Source: Candidatus Fervidifonticultor sextus (GTDB lineage Bacteria > Sysuimicrobiota > Sysuimicrobiia > Sysuimicrobiales > Humicultoraceae). From it: a stretch of DNA of 33,075 bases. A model generated the notes under the pieces. That model was not told where the DNA came from, did no database searches, and saw only the letters and a list, made by a program, of their open reading frames with translations. A program made the position numbers and the translations under genes. The DNA lies in the NCBI GenBank assembly GCA_031459875.1, contig JAVKHQ010000030.1, forward strand, positions 1 to 33,075, written 5' to 3'. Shown here one piece after another: positions 1 to 9,545 of the stretch (position 1 is the first letter of the stretch; each line of letters starts with the position of its first letter).

Positions 1-1
1 C

Positions 2-514
2 AACATCAAGCCCACGAACAAGATCTCCAGGCGCCCGGAAGGCGAGAAGGAGACGATTCTCACGGAGTCCGGCCTCCGCAGGCTCGAGGAGGAACTGGAG
101 TACCTCAAGGGAACCCGCCGCAAGGAGATCGCGGAGCGGATCAAGCAGGCCAAGGCCTTCGGCGACCTCTTTGAGAATGCCGAGTATGACGACGCCAAGA
201 ACGAACAGGCGTTCGTCGAGGGGCGGATCCTCCAGATCGAGCAGATGCTCCGCAATGCTCGCATCATCGACAACAATGCGGCGGCCTCCGATGTCGTGGC
301 CGTCGGGTCAACCGTGCGGCTCCGCGATCTCGCAGGCGGTGGTGAGATCTCGCTGACGATCGTGGGGTCCGCCGAGGCCGATCCGCTGCGCGATCGCATC
401 AGCAATGAGTCGCCGGTCGGGCAGGCGTTGATCGGCCGCAAGCAGGGCGAGACGGTGACGGTCCGGGTTCCGGACGGTATCCTCAAGTACACGATCCTTG
501 AGATCGTCCGCTAG
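2..514 (+). CDS. greA: Transcription elongation factor GreA, 5'-truncated by the window edge
   Basis: Frame is open from nt 2: ...ILTESGLRRLEEELEYLKGTRRKEIAERIKQAKAFGDLFENAEYDDAKNEQAFVEGRI...IVGSAEADP..ISNESPVGQALIG. TAG at 512-514. The ORF track shows only 245-514. Confidence 0.95.
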   Translation, partial: NIKPTNKISRRPEGEKETILTESGLRRLEEELEYLKGTRRKEIAERIKQAKAFGDLFENAEYDDAKNEQAFVEGRILQIEQMLRNARIIDNNAAASDVVAVGSTVRLRDLAGGGEISLTIVGSAEADPLRDRISNESPVGQALIGRKQGETVTVRVPDGILKYTILEIVR

Positions 515-641
515 TCCGACGATCCCGTCCGTTTGGGTACAATAGAATCAGGAGCTGCGGGTCCCAGCACCCGGGGAGCGGGAATTTGGTCCCCGCGGGC
601 GGCGTAGTTCGGAATGGCCGATCGGTGGGTGGACCGGTCGT

Positions 642-669
642 GCAGGAGAGGAACTGTAACAGGCAGAAT
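642..669 (+). promoter_or_regulatory. Candidate SigH-type promoter upstream of clpC
   Basis: GCAGGA (642-647), 18 nt, GAAT (666-669). Matches the B. subtilis SigH pattern AGGA-N17/18-GAAT. Confidence 0.45.
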
Positions 670-730
670 GTCGTGACAGGCGTGTGCGGGGATCCTCTCA
701 CCCTCTCAAGGAGAGGAGAGTGCAGTGGCG

Positions 731-3187
731 ATGTTTGAACGGTTCACAGAGCGCGCGCGTCGCGTCATCATTCTCGCCCAGGAAGAGGCCAAGCGTCTCA
801 ATCACAGCGCTGTGGGAACCGAGCACATCCTGCTGGGGATCATCCGTGAGGGTGAGGGGGTCGCCAGCAAGGTCCTCGAGAGCCTGAACATCAGCCCCGA
901 GCGGGTGCGCGCCGAGATCGAGGGCGCCATCGGCCGTGGCGAGCGCGCGCCCCACGAGGAAGTCGCCTTCACCCCCCGCGCCAAGAAGGTCCTGGAACTG
1001 GCGCTGGATGAGGCCCGCCGGCTCGGCCACAACTACATCGGGACCGAGCACCTGCTGCTGGGTCTGATCCGCGAGGGCGAGGGCGTCGCCGCCCGGGTCC
1101 TGGAGGCCATGGGCGCCGACCTGGACCGCGTGCGCGCCCAGGTCGTCTACCTGCTCGGAGAGGAGGGGACGACCTCCTATACCAAGCAGGCCAGCAAGAC
1201 CCCGACCCTGGACGAGTTCGGCCGCGACCTGACCCGACTTGCCCGCGAGGGCAAGCTGGACCCCGTGATCGGGCGCGAGCGTGAGATCGAGCGCGTCATC
1301 CAGGTCCTCTCGCGCCGTACCAAGAACAATCCGGCGCTCATCGGCGAGCCGGGCGTGGGGAAGACGGCCATCACCGAGGGGCTGGCGCAGCGCATCGTCC
1401 GCGGGGACGTGCCCGACGTCCTGCGCCACAAGCGGGTGGTGCAGCTGGACCTGGCCGCCCTGGTCGCGGGGACCAAGTACCGCGGCGAGTTCGAAGAGCG
1501 CATGAAGAAGGTGATGGAGGAGATCCGCAAGGCCCAGGGCGAGGTCATCCTGTTCGTGGACGAACTGCACACCCTGGTCGGCGCCGGCGCCGCCGAGGGC
1601 GCCATCGACGCCAGCAACATCCTGAAGCCGGCGCTGGCGCGCGGAGAACTCCAGTGCATCGGCGCCACCACCCTGGATGAATATCGGAAGTACGTGGAAC
1701 GGGACGCTGCTCTGGAGCGGCGGTTCCAGCCCATCCTGGTCGCCGAGCCGAGCGTGGATCAGACCATCGAGATCCTGCGCGGCCTGCGGGACCGCTACGA
1801 GGCCCACCACGGGGTGGCCATCAGCGACGAGGCCCTGGTGGCGGCCGCCACCCTGGCGGACAAGTACATCTCGGACCGGTTCCTCCCCGACAAGGCCATC
1901 GACCTGATGGACGAGGCCTCGTCCAAGATCCGGCTCCAGGCGTCGTTCCTGCCCCAGGAGCTGCGCCAGGCCGTCGAGCGCGTGGAGCGGACGAAGCGCG
2001 AGAAGGAAGAGGCCATCAAGGCGCAGGACTTCGAGCGGGCCGCGCAGCTGCGCGACCGCGAGCGCGTGCTGCGGCAGAAGCTGGAAGAACTGGAGGGCTC
2101 CATCAAGCGCGAGAAGGGGCGGACGAACATCAGCACGGTGACCGACGAGGACATCGCGGACGTCGTGAGCGCCTGGACCGGCATCCCGGTGACCCGGCTG
2201 GTGGAGGAAGAGACGCAGAAACTGCTGCGCATGGAGGATACGCTGCACGAGCGCATCGTGGGACAGGACGAGGCGGTCCGGGCGGTCAGCAAGGCCGTCC
2301 GCCGCGCGCGGGCCGGGCTCAAGGACCCCCGCCGGCCGATCGGGTCGTTCATTTTTCTCGGCCCCACCGGCGTCGGCAAGACCGAACTGGCCCGCGCCCT
2401 GGCCGAGTTCCTCTTCGGAGACGAGGGGGCGCTCATCCGGATCGACATGTCCGAGTACAGTGAGCGCCACACTGTCTCCCGGCTGGTGGGATCGCCGCCG
2501 GGCTACGTGGGCTTCGAAGAAGGGGGCCAGCTCACCGAGGCGGTGCGGCGCCGGCCATTCTCGGTGGTGCTGTTCGACGAGATCGAGAAGGCCCACCCAG
2601 AGATCTTCAACGTCCTGCTGCAGATCCTCGACGACGGCCGACTGACCGATGCCCAGGGACGCACGGTGGACTTTAAGAACTGCGTCATCATCATGACCAG
2701 CAACGTGGGTGCGCCGCAACTGGACAAGGAGATCGGCATCGGGTTCCGGGCCGCCGGACGTGATGAGTCGGTGGACCGCGAGCGCGCCTACGAGCGGATG
2801 AAGGAGCACGTCATGGAGGAACTCCGCCGGACCTTCCGGCCGGAGTTCTTGAACCGGATCGACGAGGTCATCGTCTTCCGGCCGCTGACCAACCAGCAGA
2901 TCGAGGCGATCGTCGGGATCCTGCTGGAGCGGGTGCGCCGCGAGCTCCGCGGGCAGAGCATGGACCTGGAGGTCACCGACGCGGCCAAGGCCCTGCTGGC
3001 CCGCGAGGGGTTCGACCCGACGTTTGGGGCGCGGCCGCTGCGCCGCGCCATCCAGCGGCTCGTCGAGGACCCCCTGAGCGATGAACTGCTCCGCGCGCAG
3101 TTCAAGCAGGGCGACACGGTGGTGGTCGACGCCCGCGACGGGAAGATCGTCTTCGAACGGAAGCGGGAGCCGGCGCTGGCCGAGTAG
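731..3187 (+). CDS. clpC: ATP-dependent Clp protease ATPase subunit ClpC
   Basis: [12 protein letters not shown] start with double Clp-N repeats (GTEH twice), Walker A motifs GEPGVGKT and [11 protein letters not shown]-type coiled coil, GSPPGYVG and GARPLRR. Purine-rich SD at about 708-720. An in-frame GTG at 725 is an alternative start. Confidence 0.97.
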   Translation: MFERFTERARRVIILAQEEAKRLNHSAVGTEHILLGIIREGEGVASKVLESLNISPERVRAEIEGAIGRGERAPHEEVAFTPRAKKVLELALDEARRLGHNYIGTEHLLLGLIREGEGVAARVLEAMGADLDRVRAQVVYLLGEEGTTSYTKQASKTPTLDEFGRDLTRLAREGKLDPVIGREREIERVIQVLSRRTKNNPALIGEPGVGKTAITEGLAQRIVRGDVPDVLRHKRVVQLDLAALVAGTKYRGEFEERMKKVMEEIRKAQGEVILFVDELHTLVGAGAAEGAIDASNILKPALARGELQCIGATTLDEYRKYVERDAALERRFQPILVAEPSVDQTIEILRGLRDRYEAHHGVAISDEALVAAATLADKYISDRFLPDKAIDLMDEASSKIRLQASFLPQELRQAVERVERTKREKEEAIKAQDFERAAQLRDRERVLRQKLEELEGSIKREKGRTNISTVTDEDIADVVSAWTGIPVTRLVEEETQKLLRMEDTLHERIVGQDEAVRAVSKAVRRARAGLKDPRRPIGSFIFLGPTGVGKTELARALAEFLFGDEGALIRIDMSEYSERHTVSRLVGSPPGYVGFEEGGQLTEAVRRRPFSVVLFDEIEKAHPEIFNVLLQILDDGRLTDAQGRTVDFKNCVIIMTSNVGAPQLDKEIGIGFRAAGRDESVDRERAYERMKEHVMEELRRTFRPEFLNRIDEVIVFRPLTNQQIEAIVGILLERVRRELRGQSMDLEVTDAAKALLAREGFDPTFGARPLRRAIQRLVEDPLSDELLRAQFKQGDTVVVDARDGKIVFERKREPALAE

Positions 3188-3210
3188 GCCGGCGCAGCAC
3201 CCGAGCAGGC

Positions 3211-3250
3211 GGAGACCCGGTGCCCCGGCGGCCCGGGTCTCCTGGTTGTT
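3211..3250 (+). terminator. Hairpin after clpC, possible intrinsic terminator
   Basis: GGAGACCCGG (3211-3220) pairs with CCGGGTCTCC (3233-3242), followed by TGGTTGTT (weak U tract). Confidence 0.5.
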
Positions 3251-3313
3251 GGAGAGGCGGCAGGAACCCGCTGAGACCGCGGTCCGCCGCCGAGAGACCG
3301 GATGGGGTGGGGG

Positions 3314-4660
3314 ATGGACCGGGGCCGGATGCGCTACGTGTGCCAGCAGTGCGGTCACGAGTCGGCCAAGTGGTTGGGCCGCTGCCCGGGCTGCGGCCAG
3401 TGGAATACGCTGGTGGAGGAGCCACAGGTACCACCCTCGTCGCGGCCGCGGCGGTCCACCGCGGCCGAGCCCGTCTCGGTGCAAGACGTGCCCGCGGGCG
3501 CGGAGCCTCGCCTGCCGACCGGCTCCGCGGAGTTCGACCGGGTGCTGGGGGGAGGGGTGGTTGCCGGCTCGGTGGTGGTGGTGGGCGGCGACCCCGGCGT
3601 CGGCAAGTCCACCCTGCTGATGCAGTGCGCCGACCGGGTGGCGCGCACGGGCGCCCGGGTCCTGTATGCCAGCGCCGAGGAGTCCGTGCGTCAGACCAAA
3701 TTGCGCGCCGAACGGCTGGGTGTCTCAGCCCCCTCGCTGCTGCTGCTCGCCGAGGCCGACCTGGACGCGATCACGGAGACCGCCGGGCGCCTGCGGCCCA
3801 CGCTCCTCATCGTCGATTCCATCCAGACCGTCTCCCGTGCCGACGTGGCGTCGGCGCCGGGCAGCGTAGCCCAGGTGCGCGAGTGCACCGCCGCCCTCGT
3901 GCGTCTGGCGAAGGAGCAGGGGATCGCCGTCTTCCTGGTAGGCCACGTGACCAAGGAAGGCACCCTGGCAGGTCCGCGGGTCATGGAGCACCTGGTCGAC
4001 ACCGTGCTCTCGTTCGAGGGAGACCGCCACCACGTATACCGCATTCTGCGGGCCACCAAGAACCGGTTCGGCTCCACCAACGAGATCGGCGTGTTCGAGA
4101 TGGCCTCCGGCGGACTCGTGGAGGTGGCCAACCCTTCCGCGGCGTTCCTCTCGGAGCGGCCGAAGGCCGCGCCGGGCTCCGCAGTGGTCTGTGCGCTGGA
4201 GGGATCCCGCCCGCTGCTGGTGGAGATCCAGGCCCTCACCAGTCCCACGCACTTCGGCATGCCGCGGCGGACGGCCTCCGGCGTGGACTACAACCGGCTC
4301 CTGGTGCTCCTGGCCGTCCTGGAGCGTCGGGTCGGCCTCCAGCTGGGCAGCCAGGACGTCTACGTCAGCGTGGCCGGGGGCGTGGGGGTGGAGGAGCCGG
4401 CGGCGGACCTGGGGATCGCGGTGGCGGTGGCCAGCAGCCTGCGCAACCGTCCCGTGGATCCGCGCGCCGTGATCATCGGCGAGGTGGGCCTGGCGGGCGA
4501 AGTGCGGTCCGTCCCGCAACTGGGCAAGCGGCTCGCAGAGGCCTCACGACTGGGGTTCGAGCGGGCGGTGGTGCCGCGGACCAACGGCCTCGGGAGCCCC
4601 GCGGGCCTCGAGGTGATCCCGGTGCCCGATCTTGCCGGGGCGCTGCGCGTGCTGACGTAG
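3314..4660 (+). CDS. radA: DNA repair protein RadA/Sms
   Basis: C4 zinc finger CQQC..GRCPGC, Walker A GDPGVGKST, KNRFG motif, Lon-like C-terminal domain. Start uncertain (3302, 3314 or 3329). Confidence 0.96.
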   Translation: MDRGRMRYVCQQCGHESAKWLGRCPGCGQWNTLVEEPQVPPSSRPRRSTAAEPVSVQDVPAGAEPRLPTGSAEFDRVLGGGVVAGSVVVVGGDPGVGKSTLLMQCADRVARTGARVLYASAEESVRQTKLRAERLGVSAPSLLLLAEADLDAITETAGRLRPTLLIVDSIQTVSRADVASAPGSVAQVRECTAALVRLAKEQGIAVFLVGHVTKEGTLAGPRVMEHLVDTVLSFEGDRHHVYRILRATKNRFGSTNEIGVFEMASGGLVEVANPSAAFLSERPKAAPGSAVVCALEGSRPLLVEIQALTSPTHFGMPRRTASGVDYNRLLVLLAVLERRVGLQLGSQDVYVSVAGGVGVEEPAADLGIAVAVASSLRNRPVDPRAVIIGEVGLAGEVRSVPQLGKRLAEASRLGFERAVVPRTNGLGSPAGLEVIPVPDLAGALRVLT

Positions 4661-4662
4661 GA

Positions 4663-5058
4663 TCAGGTCAGGTGGAACACGCCCAGCGTCGCCACGCGGG
4701 CGTGTTCCTTCTCGAGGATGGCTTCCAGGTCCATCCCGAAGAGGCTGCAGACGGCCGCCAGGTAGAAGAGGGCCATCCCGATCTCGGTCTCCAGCGCCTC
4801 CCGGCACCGGCCGCACAGTTTCCCTTCGAGGTGGCTCTGCACCAGGCCGCGGACTTCGGCCAGACTGACGGTGGCGGGGAAGCGCTGGCGGGTGGCGTGG
4901 ATCGAGACGCACCCGCAGGTCGTGACGGCCTTGGCGATGGCCCGGCTCACCCGGGCCGTGGCTTCTGCCAGCTTGCTTTCCACATCGAGGATGCTGCGGT
5001 GGCGGATCAGGTATTCGGTGACGGTGCTTTGGAAGGTGCCCTCGCTGAGTTCTGCCAC
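4663..5058 (-). CDS. Conserved hypothetical protein (LIRHRSILD...CGC...CxxC; resembles the small gene found near radA/yacL in Clostridia)
   Basis: GTG at 5058 with an AGGTGA SD and a consensus promoter upstream. 131 aa, helical, with Cys motifs TCGC and LCGRC. The C-terminal 'ETEIGMALFYLAAVCSLFGMDL' resembles a MazG-like helix (inference). Confidence 0.75.
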   Translation of the reverse strand: MAELSEGTFQSTVTEYLIRHRSILDVESKLAEATARVSRAIAKAVTTCGCVSIHATRQRFPATVSLAEVRGLVQSHLEGKLCGRCREALETEIGMALFYLAAVCSLFGMDLEAILEKEHARVATLGVFHLT

Positions 5059-5114
5059 GTCCTGTTCACCTCGCCCTGCCGGAAGGCGCCGCTCCACGCC
5101 GCACGTCGAGTGTC

Positions 5115-5144
5115 ATTATAGGGATCGGTTGCACGGACTGTCAA
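5115..5144 (-). promoter_or_regulatory. Consensus sigma70/SigA promoter for the 4663-5058 gene
   Basis: Minus strand TTGACA (5144-5139), 18 nt, TATAAT (5120-5115). Confidence 0.8.
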
Positions 5145-5195
5145 ATGCGTCCTCACGCTGCCGCCGTGCGCGGCTTCTCGGCCCGCGAAGGAGTG

Positions 5196-5204
5196 TGCTA
5201 TACT
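5196..5204 (+). promoter_or_regulatory. Extended -10 promoter for the PIN/TRAM-ispDF unit (divergent from the previous promoter)
   Basis: TGcTATACT about 70 nt upstream of ATG 5273. Confidence 0.6.
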
Positions 5205-5272
5205 CGGGCGCGTAGGCCGGCTCATGCCAGGCCCATCTCCGGGCGGGGCATCTCCGGCGGGCCAAGAGTCGC

Positions 5273-6358
5273 ATGCGCAAACACCTCCTCCTGCGGGCCG
5301 TTGGCGTGCTCCTCGGCGGCATTGCCGGGTACCAGGCGGTCCAGCTGGCGGCGCTGTGGAACCCGTCGATTGCCTCCACCGGGTTCCTCGTCACCTCCGC
5401 CAGCATCGCGGGCGGGGGGCTCGTCGGGCTGCTGGTGTTCCCGCTCCTCGCGCGCGGTTTTACCGCTGCCATGGCGTGGCTGCTCCACGGGATGGCCGGA
5501 CTCTCGCTCCGGGATCTCGTGCTGGCCGCGTCCGGGCTGTTGACCGGGCTGGTGCTGGCCTACGTGGTGGGCGCGTTGCTGGACGGCCTGCCCCTGGTCG
5601 GGCCGTACATGCGCCCGGTGGCCGGGGTCGTCCTGGGGTATCTGGGCCTGCACCTGGCGCTGCAGCGCCGCGAAGAAGTCGCCGGCATCCTTCCACGCGA
5701 CCCGCACCGGGCGGGATCGGACCGCGCCGCATGGACCGGCACTCCAAAACTGCTGGACACCAGTGTGATCATCGACGGCCGTATCGCCGAGGTCTGCCTC
5801 AGCGGGTTCCTTGAGGGCCCGCTCCTGGTGCCGCGGTCGGTGCTGGCAGAACTCCAGCGCATCGCCGATTCCGCTGATGTCCTGCGGCGCAACCGGGGCC
5901 GGCGCGGACTGGACATCCTCAACCGGCTGCAGAAGGAACTGGCGGTACTGCAGATCCTCGAAGACACCGGCGGCGCCGATGTGGATGCCCAGCTCGTCGC
6001 GCTGGCCAGGGCGCACCGGGCGGCGATCGTCACCACGGACGTCAACCTGAGCAAGGTCGCCGAACTGCAGGGCGTGCGGGTGCTCAACGTCCATCAACTG
6101 GCCCAGGCGCTGCGTCCGACGGTGCTGCCGGGCGAGGAGCTCTCGGTGCACGTGCTCCGCGACGGGAAGGAGGCCGGCCAGGGCATCGCCTACCTGGAAG
6201 ACGGGACGATGATCGTCGTGGAGGGCGGCAAGCGCCTCATCGGCGAGACCTCGGACGTGGTGGTGACCAGCGTGCTGCAGACCTCGGCGGGACGCATGAT
6301 CTTCGCCCGCCCCAAGTCCAGCGAGCCGGCCGGTCCGCCGTCGGTCGAGCGGCGGTAA
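5273..6358 (+). CDS. Membrane-anchored PIN/TRAM domain protein (YacL-like)
   Basis: Four hydrophobic N-terminal helices, PIN motif LDTSVIIDGRI...RGRRGLDIL...TTDVNL, TRAM region GKEAGQGIAYLEDGTMIVVE...QTSAGRMIFA. Usual position between radA and ispD. Confidence 0.92.
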   Translation: MRKHLLLRAVGVLLGGIAGYQAVQLAALWNPSIASTGFLVTSASIAGGGLVGLLVFPLLARGFTAAMAWLLHGMAGLSLRDLVLAASGLLTGLVLAYVVGALLDGLPLVGPYMRPVAGVVLGYLGLHLALQRREEVAGILPRDPHRAGSDRAAWTGTPKLLDTSVIIDGRIAEVCLSGFLEGPLLVPRSVLAELQRIADSADVLRRNRGRRGLDILNRLQKELAVLQILEDTGGADVDAQLVALARAHRAAIVTTDVNLSKVAELQGVRVLNVHQLAQALRPTVLPGEELSVHVLRDGKEAGQGIAYLEDGTMIVVEGGKRLIGETSDVVVTSVLQTSAGRMIFARPKSSEPAGPPSVERR

Positions 6359-6359
6359 C

Positions 6360-7532
6360 GTGGACGTTCCCCTCCGGCCCCCCCTGCGGGAGGACCACGT
6401 CGGTGCCATCATCGTCGCCGCCGGGGCGAGCACGCGCCTGCCCGGCGAGGTCCCCAAGCCGTTTCTCCCGCTGGGCGGACGGTGGGTCCTGGAGCGGGCC
6501 CTGGCGGCCTTCGAGGCCACGGCTAGCATCGAGCGCGTCGTGGTCGTGGTCGGCGCGGCATACGTCGCGCCGGCCCGGGCGCGGTTGCGCGGGAAGGTGG
6601 GGGCCGTCGTGGCCGGCGGGCCCGACCGGCGCGATTCCGTGGCCGCGGGGCTGGAGGCGCTCCCGGACGCCGGGTGGGTGGTGGTCCACGACGGGGCGCG
6701 GCCGTTCGTGACGCCGGCGCTGATCGACCGGGTGCTGGAGGCGGCCCGGCGAACCGGTGCCGCCACCGCCGGGCTGCCTGTGGCAGACACACTCAAGGAG
6801 GTCACCGGCGACCGGATCCGGCGGACCGTCGACCGCTCGACCCTCTGGGCCGTGCAGACCCCCCAGGCCTTCCGGGGCGAGGTGCTGCGGGAGGCGCACC
6901 GCCGCATCGGCAGGTCTCAGCCCGTGACCGACGACGCCGAACTCGTCGAGCGCCTGGGCGCCGAGGTCGTGGTGGTGCCTGGAGACCCGGGAAATCTGAA
7001 GATCACGACACCGCAGGATCTGGAGCTGGCGCGGTGGCTGGTCGAGGCCAGCGCCCTCCGCGTCGGCGTCGGCTACGACGCCCATCGGCTGGTCCCCGAC
7101 CGGCCCCTGGTCCTGGGGGGTGTGACGATTCCGCACCCCAGGGGCCTGGCGGGGCACTCGGACGGCGACGCGCTGGCCCATGCCATCGCCGATGCCCTCC
7201 TGGGCGCGGCCGGCCAGCGCGACATCGGCGCGCACTTTCCGCCCGATGATCCCACCTACCGCGGTGCGGACAGCCTGCACCTGCTGGCGGAGGTCGCCCG
7301 CCGCCTGCGCGCGGAGGGCTGGTCCGTGGTGAATGTGGACGCGGTGGTACAGGCCGAATCCCCCAGGCTGTCGCCCTTCGCGGCCACGATGCAGGAGCGC
7401 CTGGCCGCGGCGCTGGGCGTCCAGCCTGACCGGGTCGCCGTCAAGGCGACCACAGGGGAAGGTCTGGGGCCCATCGGTCGGGAGGAGGGAATCGCCGCCC
7501 AGGCCGTCGCCCTCCTGCAGAAGGATCGCTAG
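6360..7532 (+). CDS. ispDF: Bifunctional IspD/IspF (MEP cytidylyltransferase / MEcPP synthase)
   Basis: IspD motifs AAGASTR, PKPF, VHDGARP, QTPQAF, TDDA, NLKITT fused to IspF motifs GYDAHRL, GHSDGD, DIGAHFP, KATTGE. GTG start 1 nt after the previous stop. Confidence 0.95.
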   Translation: MDVPLRPPLREDHVGAIIVAAGASTRLPGEVPKPFLPLGGRWVLERALAAFEATASIERVVVVVGAAYVAPARARLRGKVGAVVAGGPDRRDSVAAGLEALPDAGWVVVHDGARPFVTPALIDRVLEAARRTGAATAGLPVADTLKEVTGDRIRRTVDRSTLWAVQTPQAFRGEVLREAHRRIGRSQPVTDDAELVERLGAEVVVVPGDPGNLKITTPQDLELARWLVEASALRVGVGYDAHRLVPDRPLVLGGVTIPHPRGLAGHSDGDALAHAIADALLGAAGQRDIGAHFPPDDPTYRGADSLHLLAEVARRLRAEGWSVVNVDAVVQAESPRLSPFAATMQERLAAALGVQPDRVAVKATTGEGLGPIGREEGIAAQAVALLQKDR

Positions 7533-7934
7533 ATGAGCCGGCGGACCCGAGGCCGCCGCGGCCTGAAGGCAGCGCCGGACCGCCGGAGCGCCGGTGGTCC
7601 CGGTCGCGCCGGGGGCCAGCCCACGGATCGACCGACCGACCTGCTGTTCATCCAGCGGGCCGCGCTGCGAGAGCCGATCGCCGTCGAACTCGACCGGCCG
7701 ATGGCCCGCCGCCCGCACCTCGTGGGGTTCTGGCGGGGGACCGAATTCCACCTGATCACGCGCGTGGTGGCGACCCGGCGGGAGGTGGACGCGTCCTATC
7801 ACCGGGTGCTCACCGACCGGGGCGTCTTCGACATCCGCCACATCCGGCGCATGGATCCGCTGACGCTACGGTTGCACCGCGACTGGGAACTCTGCGCGGA
7901 ACTCGAGGCCATCCCGGTCGCCCGCGTGCGGTAG
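7533..7934 (+). CDS. Small hypothetical protein, possibly DUF6504-like
   Basis: ATG directly follows the ispDF TAG. Arg-rich N-terminus, then EPIAVEL...GFWRG...ITRVV...YHRVLTDRGVFDI...WEL. Host-like GC-rich codons. Confidence 0.6.
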   Translation: MSRRTRGRRGLKAAPDRRSAGGPGRAGGQPTDRPTDLLFIQRAALREPIAVELDRPMARRPHLVGFWRGTEFHLITRVVATRREVDASYHRVLTDRGVFDIRHIRRMDPLTLRLHRDWELCAELEAIPVARVR

Positions 7935-7969
7935 GTGCGGCGGAGGGGTGCCCTGGGCGCCGGTGGCGC

Positions 7970-7999
7970 TTGTCGCGCGCCGGCGCGCCCGGGTAGACT
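7970..7999 (+). promoter_or_regulatory. Possible SigA promoter for cysS
   Basis: TTGTCG, 18 nt, TAGACT, ending about 20 nt upstream of ATG 8019. No room for a T-box leader. Confidence 0.4.
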
Positions 8000-8018
8000 G
8001 GACACGCGGGGTGGGGGG

Positions 8019-9545
8019 ATGGCGCTGGTCATCTACAACTCGCTGACGCGGCGGCTGGAGCCGCTCCAGACCCTGGAGCCCGGGATCGTGCGCATGTACG
8101 TGTGCGGCCCGAACCTCTACGGCCCCGCCCACGTGGGTCACGCGCTGTCCTACATCGTGTTCGACGTCGTTCGGCGCTATCTGGAGTACAAGGGTCTGAC
8201 TGTGCGCCACGTCCAGAACTTCACCGACATCGAAGACCGCATCGTGGAGCGGTCGCAACGCGAGGGACGGAGCATCCACGACATCGCCGCCGAGTACATC
8301 GAGCGGTTCCTCCAGGAGATGGATGCCCTCAACGTGCAGCGCGCGCACCACTATCCCCGCGCCACCGAGGTCATCCCCACGATGATCGAGATCATCCAGG
8401 GGCTGATCGCCAAGGGGCACGCCTACGTGCTGGACGGCGACGTCTACTTCCGGGTGACGTCTTTCCCCTCCTACGGGGCGCTGTCGGGACGGTCGTTGGA
8501 GCAGATGATGGCCGGCGCGCGCGTGGAGGTGGACGAGCGCAAGGAGCATCCCATGGACTTCGCCCTGTGGAAGGCCGGCAAGCCCGGAGAACCGACGTGG
8601 GACAGTCCCTGGGGGCCCGGCCGGCCGGGCTGGCACATCGAGTGCTCGGCCATGTCCATGCAGTTCTTGGGAGAGCAACTCGACATCCACGGCGGCGGAG
8701 AGGACGTGCGCTTCCCGCACCATGAGAACGAGATCGCCCAGTCCGAGGCCTACACCGGGAAGGCGCCGTTCGTGCGGATCTGGATGCACAACGCGTTGAT
8801 GAAGCCGCCGGTGGGTGACGAGATGCACCGGCACCTGGGGAACTTCGTCTCGATCCGCGAGGCGTTGGGCAAGTACGATGCGGATGTGATCCGGCTGTTT
8901 GTGCTGTCGTCCCACTACCGCACGCCGACCCGCTGGACCGACGAGGCCGTCGGCGCCGCCGGGCGCGGCCTGGAGCGCCTGCGGACGGCGCTGGCCAACG
9001 CCGATGCGGCCCTGGAGCGGACCCCCGGCCTGCTGGCCGGCGGGCCCATGGCGCACGCCGCCGGCGCGGCCCGTGCCGCCTTCGAGCGGGCGATGGACGA
9101 CGACTTCGGGACGCCCCAGGCCATCGCCGCGCTGTTCGACCTCGCCTCCGAGGTCAACCGCGGGGCTGCCGCCGCGCTCCAGGGTGATCGGCAGACTGCG
9201 GGAGGCCTGACGGAGGCCGCCCGGGTCCTGCGGGCCCTGGCCGGCGTGCTCGGCCTGAGGATCGGCGAGGTCCCCCTGCCGCGGCACATCGAAGACGCGC
9301 TGGCTGCGATGCTGGCCGACCTGCGGACCCAGGAGCCGGCCCTGTTCTCCGACGGTGTGGCCGGCGACGGCCCCGAGCATCTGGTGGCGGCGGTTCTGGC
9401 CGGACGCGAGCGGGCCCGCCAGGCCAGGCGGTTCGACCTGGCGGATGCGATCCGCCAGCGGCTCCACGACCTGGGTATCGTCGTGGAGGACCTGCCCGGA
9501 GGTTCCCGATGGCGCGCCGTGCTGCGGCGCGGCGTGAGGACCTGA
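8019..9545 (+). CDS. cysS: Cysteinyl-tRNA synthetase with a non-canonical KMSKS loop
   Basis: MYVCGP, HVGH, DFALWK, SPWGPGRPGWHIECSAM, DIHGGG, FPHHENE, C-terminal AR..R.F..ADAIR..L..VED anticodon domain. The KMSKS position reads EMHRH. Confidence 0.93.
   Translation: MALVIYNSLTRRLEPLQTLEPGIVRMYVCGPNLYGPAHVGHALSYIVFDVVRRYLEYKGLTVRHVQNFTDIEDRIVERSQREGRSIHDIAAEYIERFLQEMDALNVQRAHHYPRATEVIPTMIEIIQGLIAKGHAYVLDGDVYFRVTSFPSYGALSGRSLEQMMAGARVEVDERKEHPMDFALWKAGKPGEPTWDSPWGPGRPGWHIECSAMSMQFLGEQLDIHGGGEDVRFPHHENEIAQSEAYTGKAPFVRIWMHNALMKPPVGDEMHRHLGNFVSIREALGKYDADVIRLFVLSSHYRTPTRWTDEAVGAAGRGLERLRTALANADAALERTPGLLAGGPMAHAAGAARAAFERAMDDDFGTPQAIAALFDLASEVNRGAAAALQGDRQTAGGLTEAARVLRALAGVLGLRIGEVPLPRHIEDALAAMLADLRTQEPALFSDGVAGDGPEHLVAAVLAGRERARQARRFDLADAIRQRLHDLGIVVEDLPGGSRWRAVLRRGVRT

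Noticed and set aside
698..3484. 928-aa ORF antisense to clpC, and similar long antisense or alternate-frame ORFs (3220-5121, 7866-9467, 20674-22542, 24211-25473, 25445-26881, 30336-31766, 31788-33053)
   Set aside because: Shadow ORFs expected from stop-codon scarcity in GC-rich coding DNA. They have no recognisable motifs and overlap well-supported genes.
8019..9545. MshC or another non-tRNA ligase identity for the odd CysRS
   Set aside because: The full anticodon-binding domain and the canonical cysS position are retained. MshC lacks that domain and keeps KMSKS.
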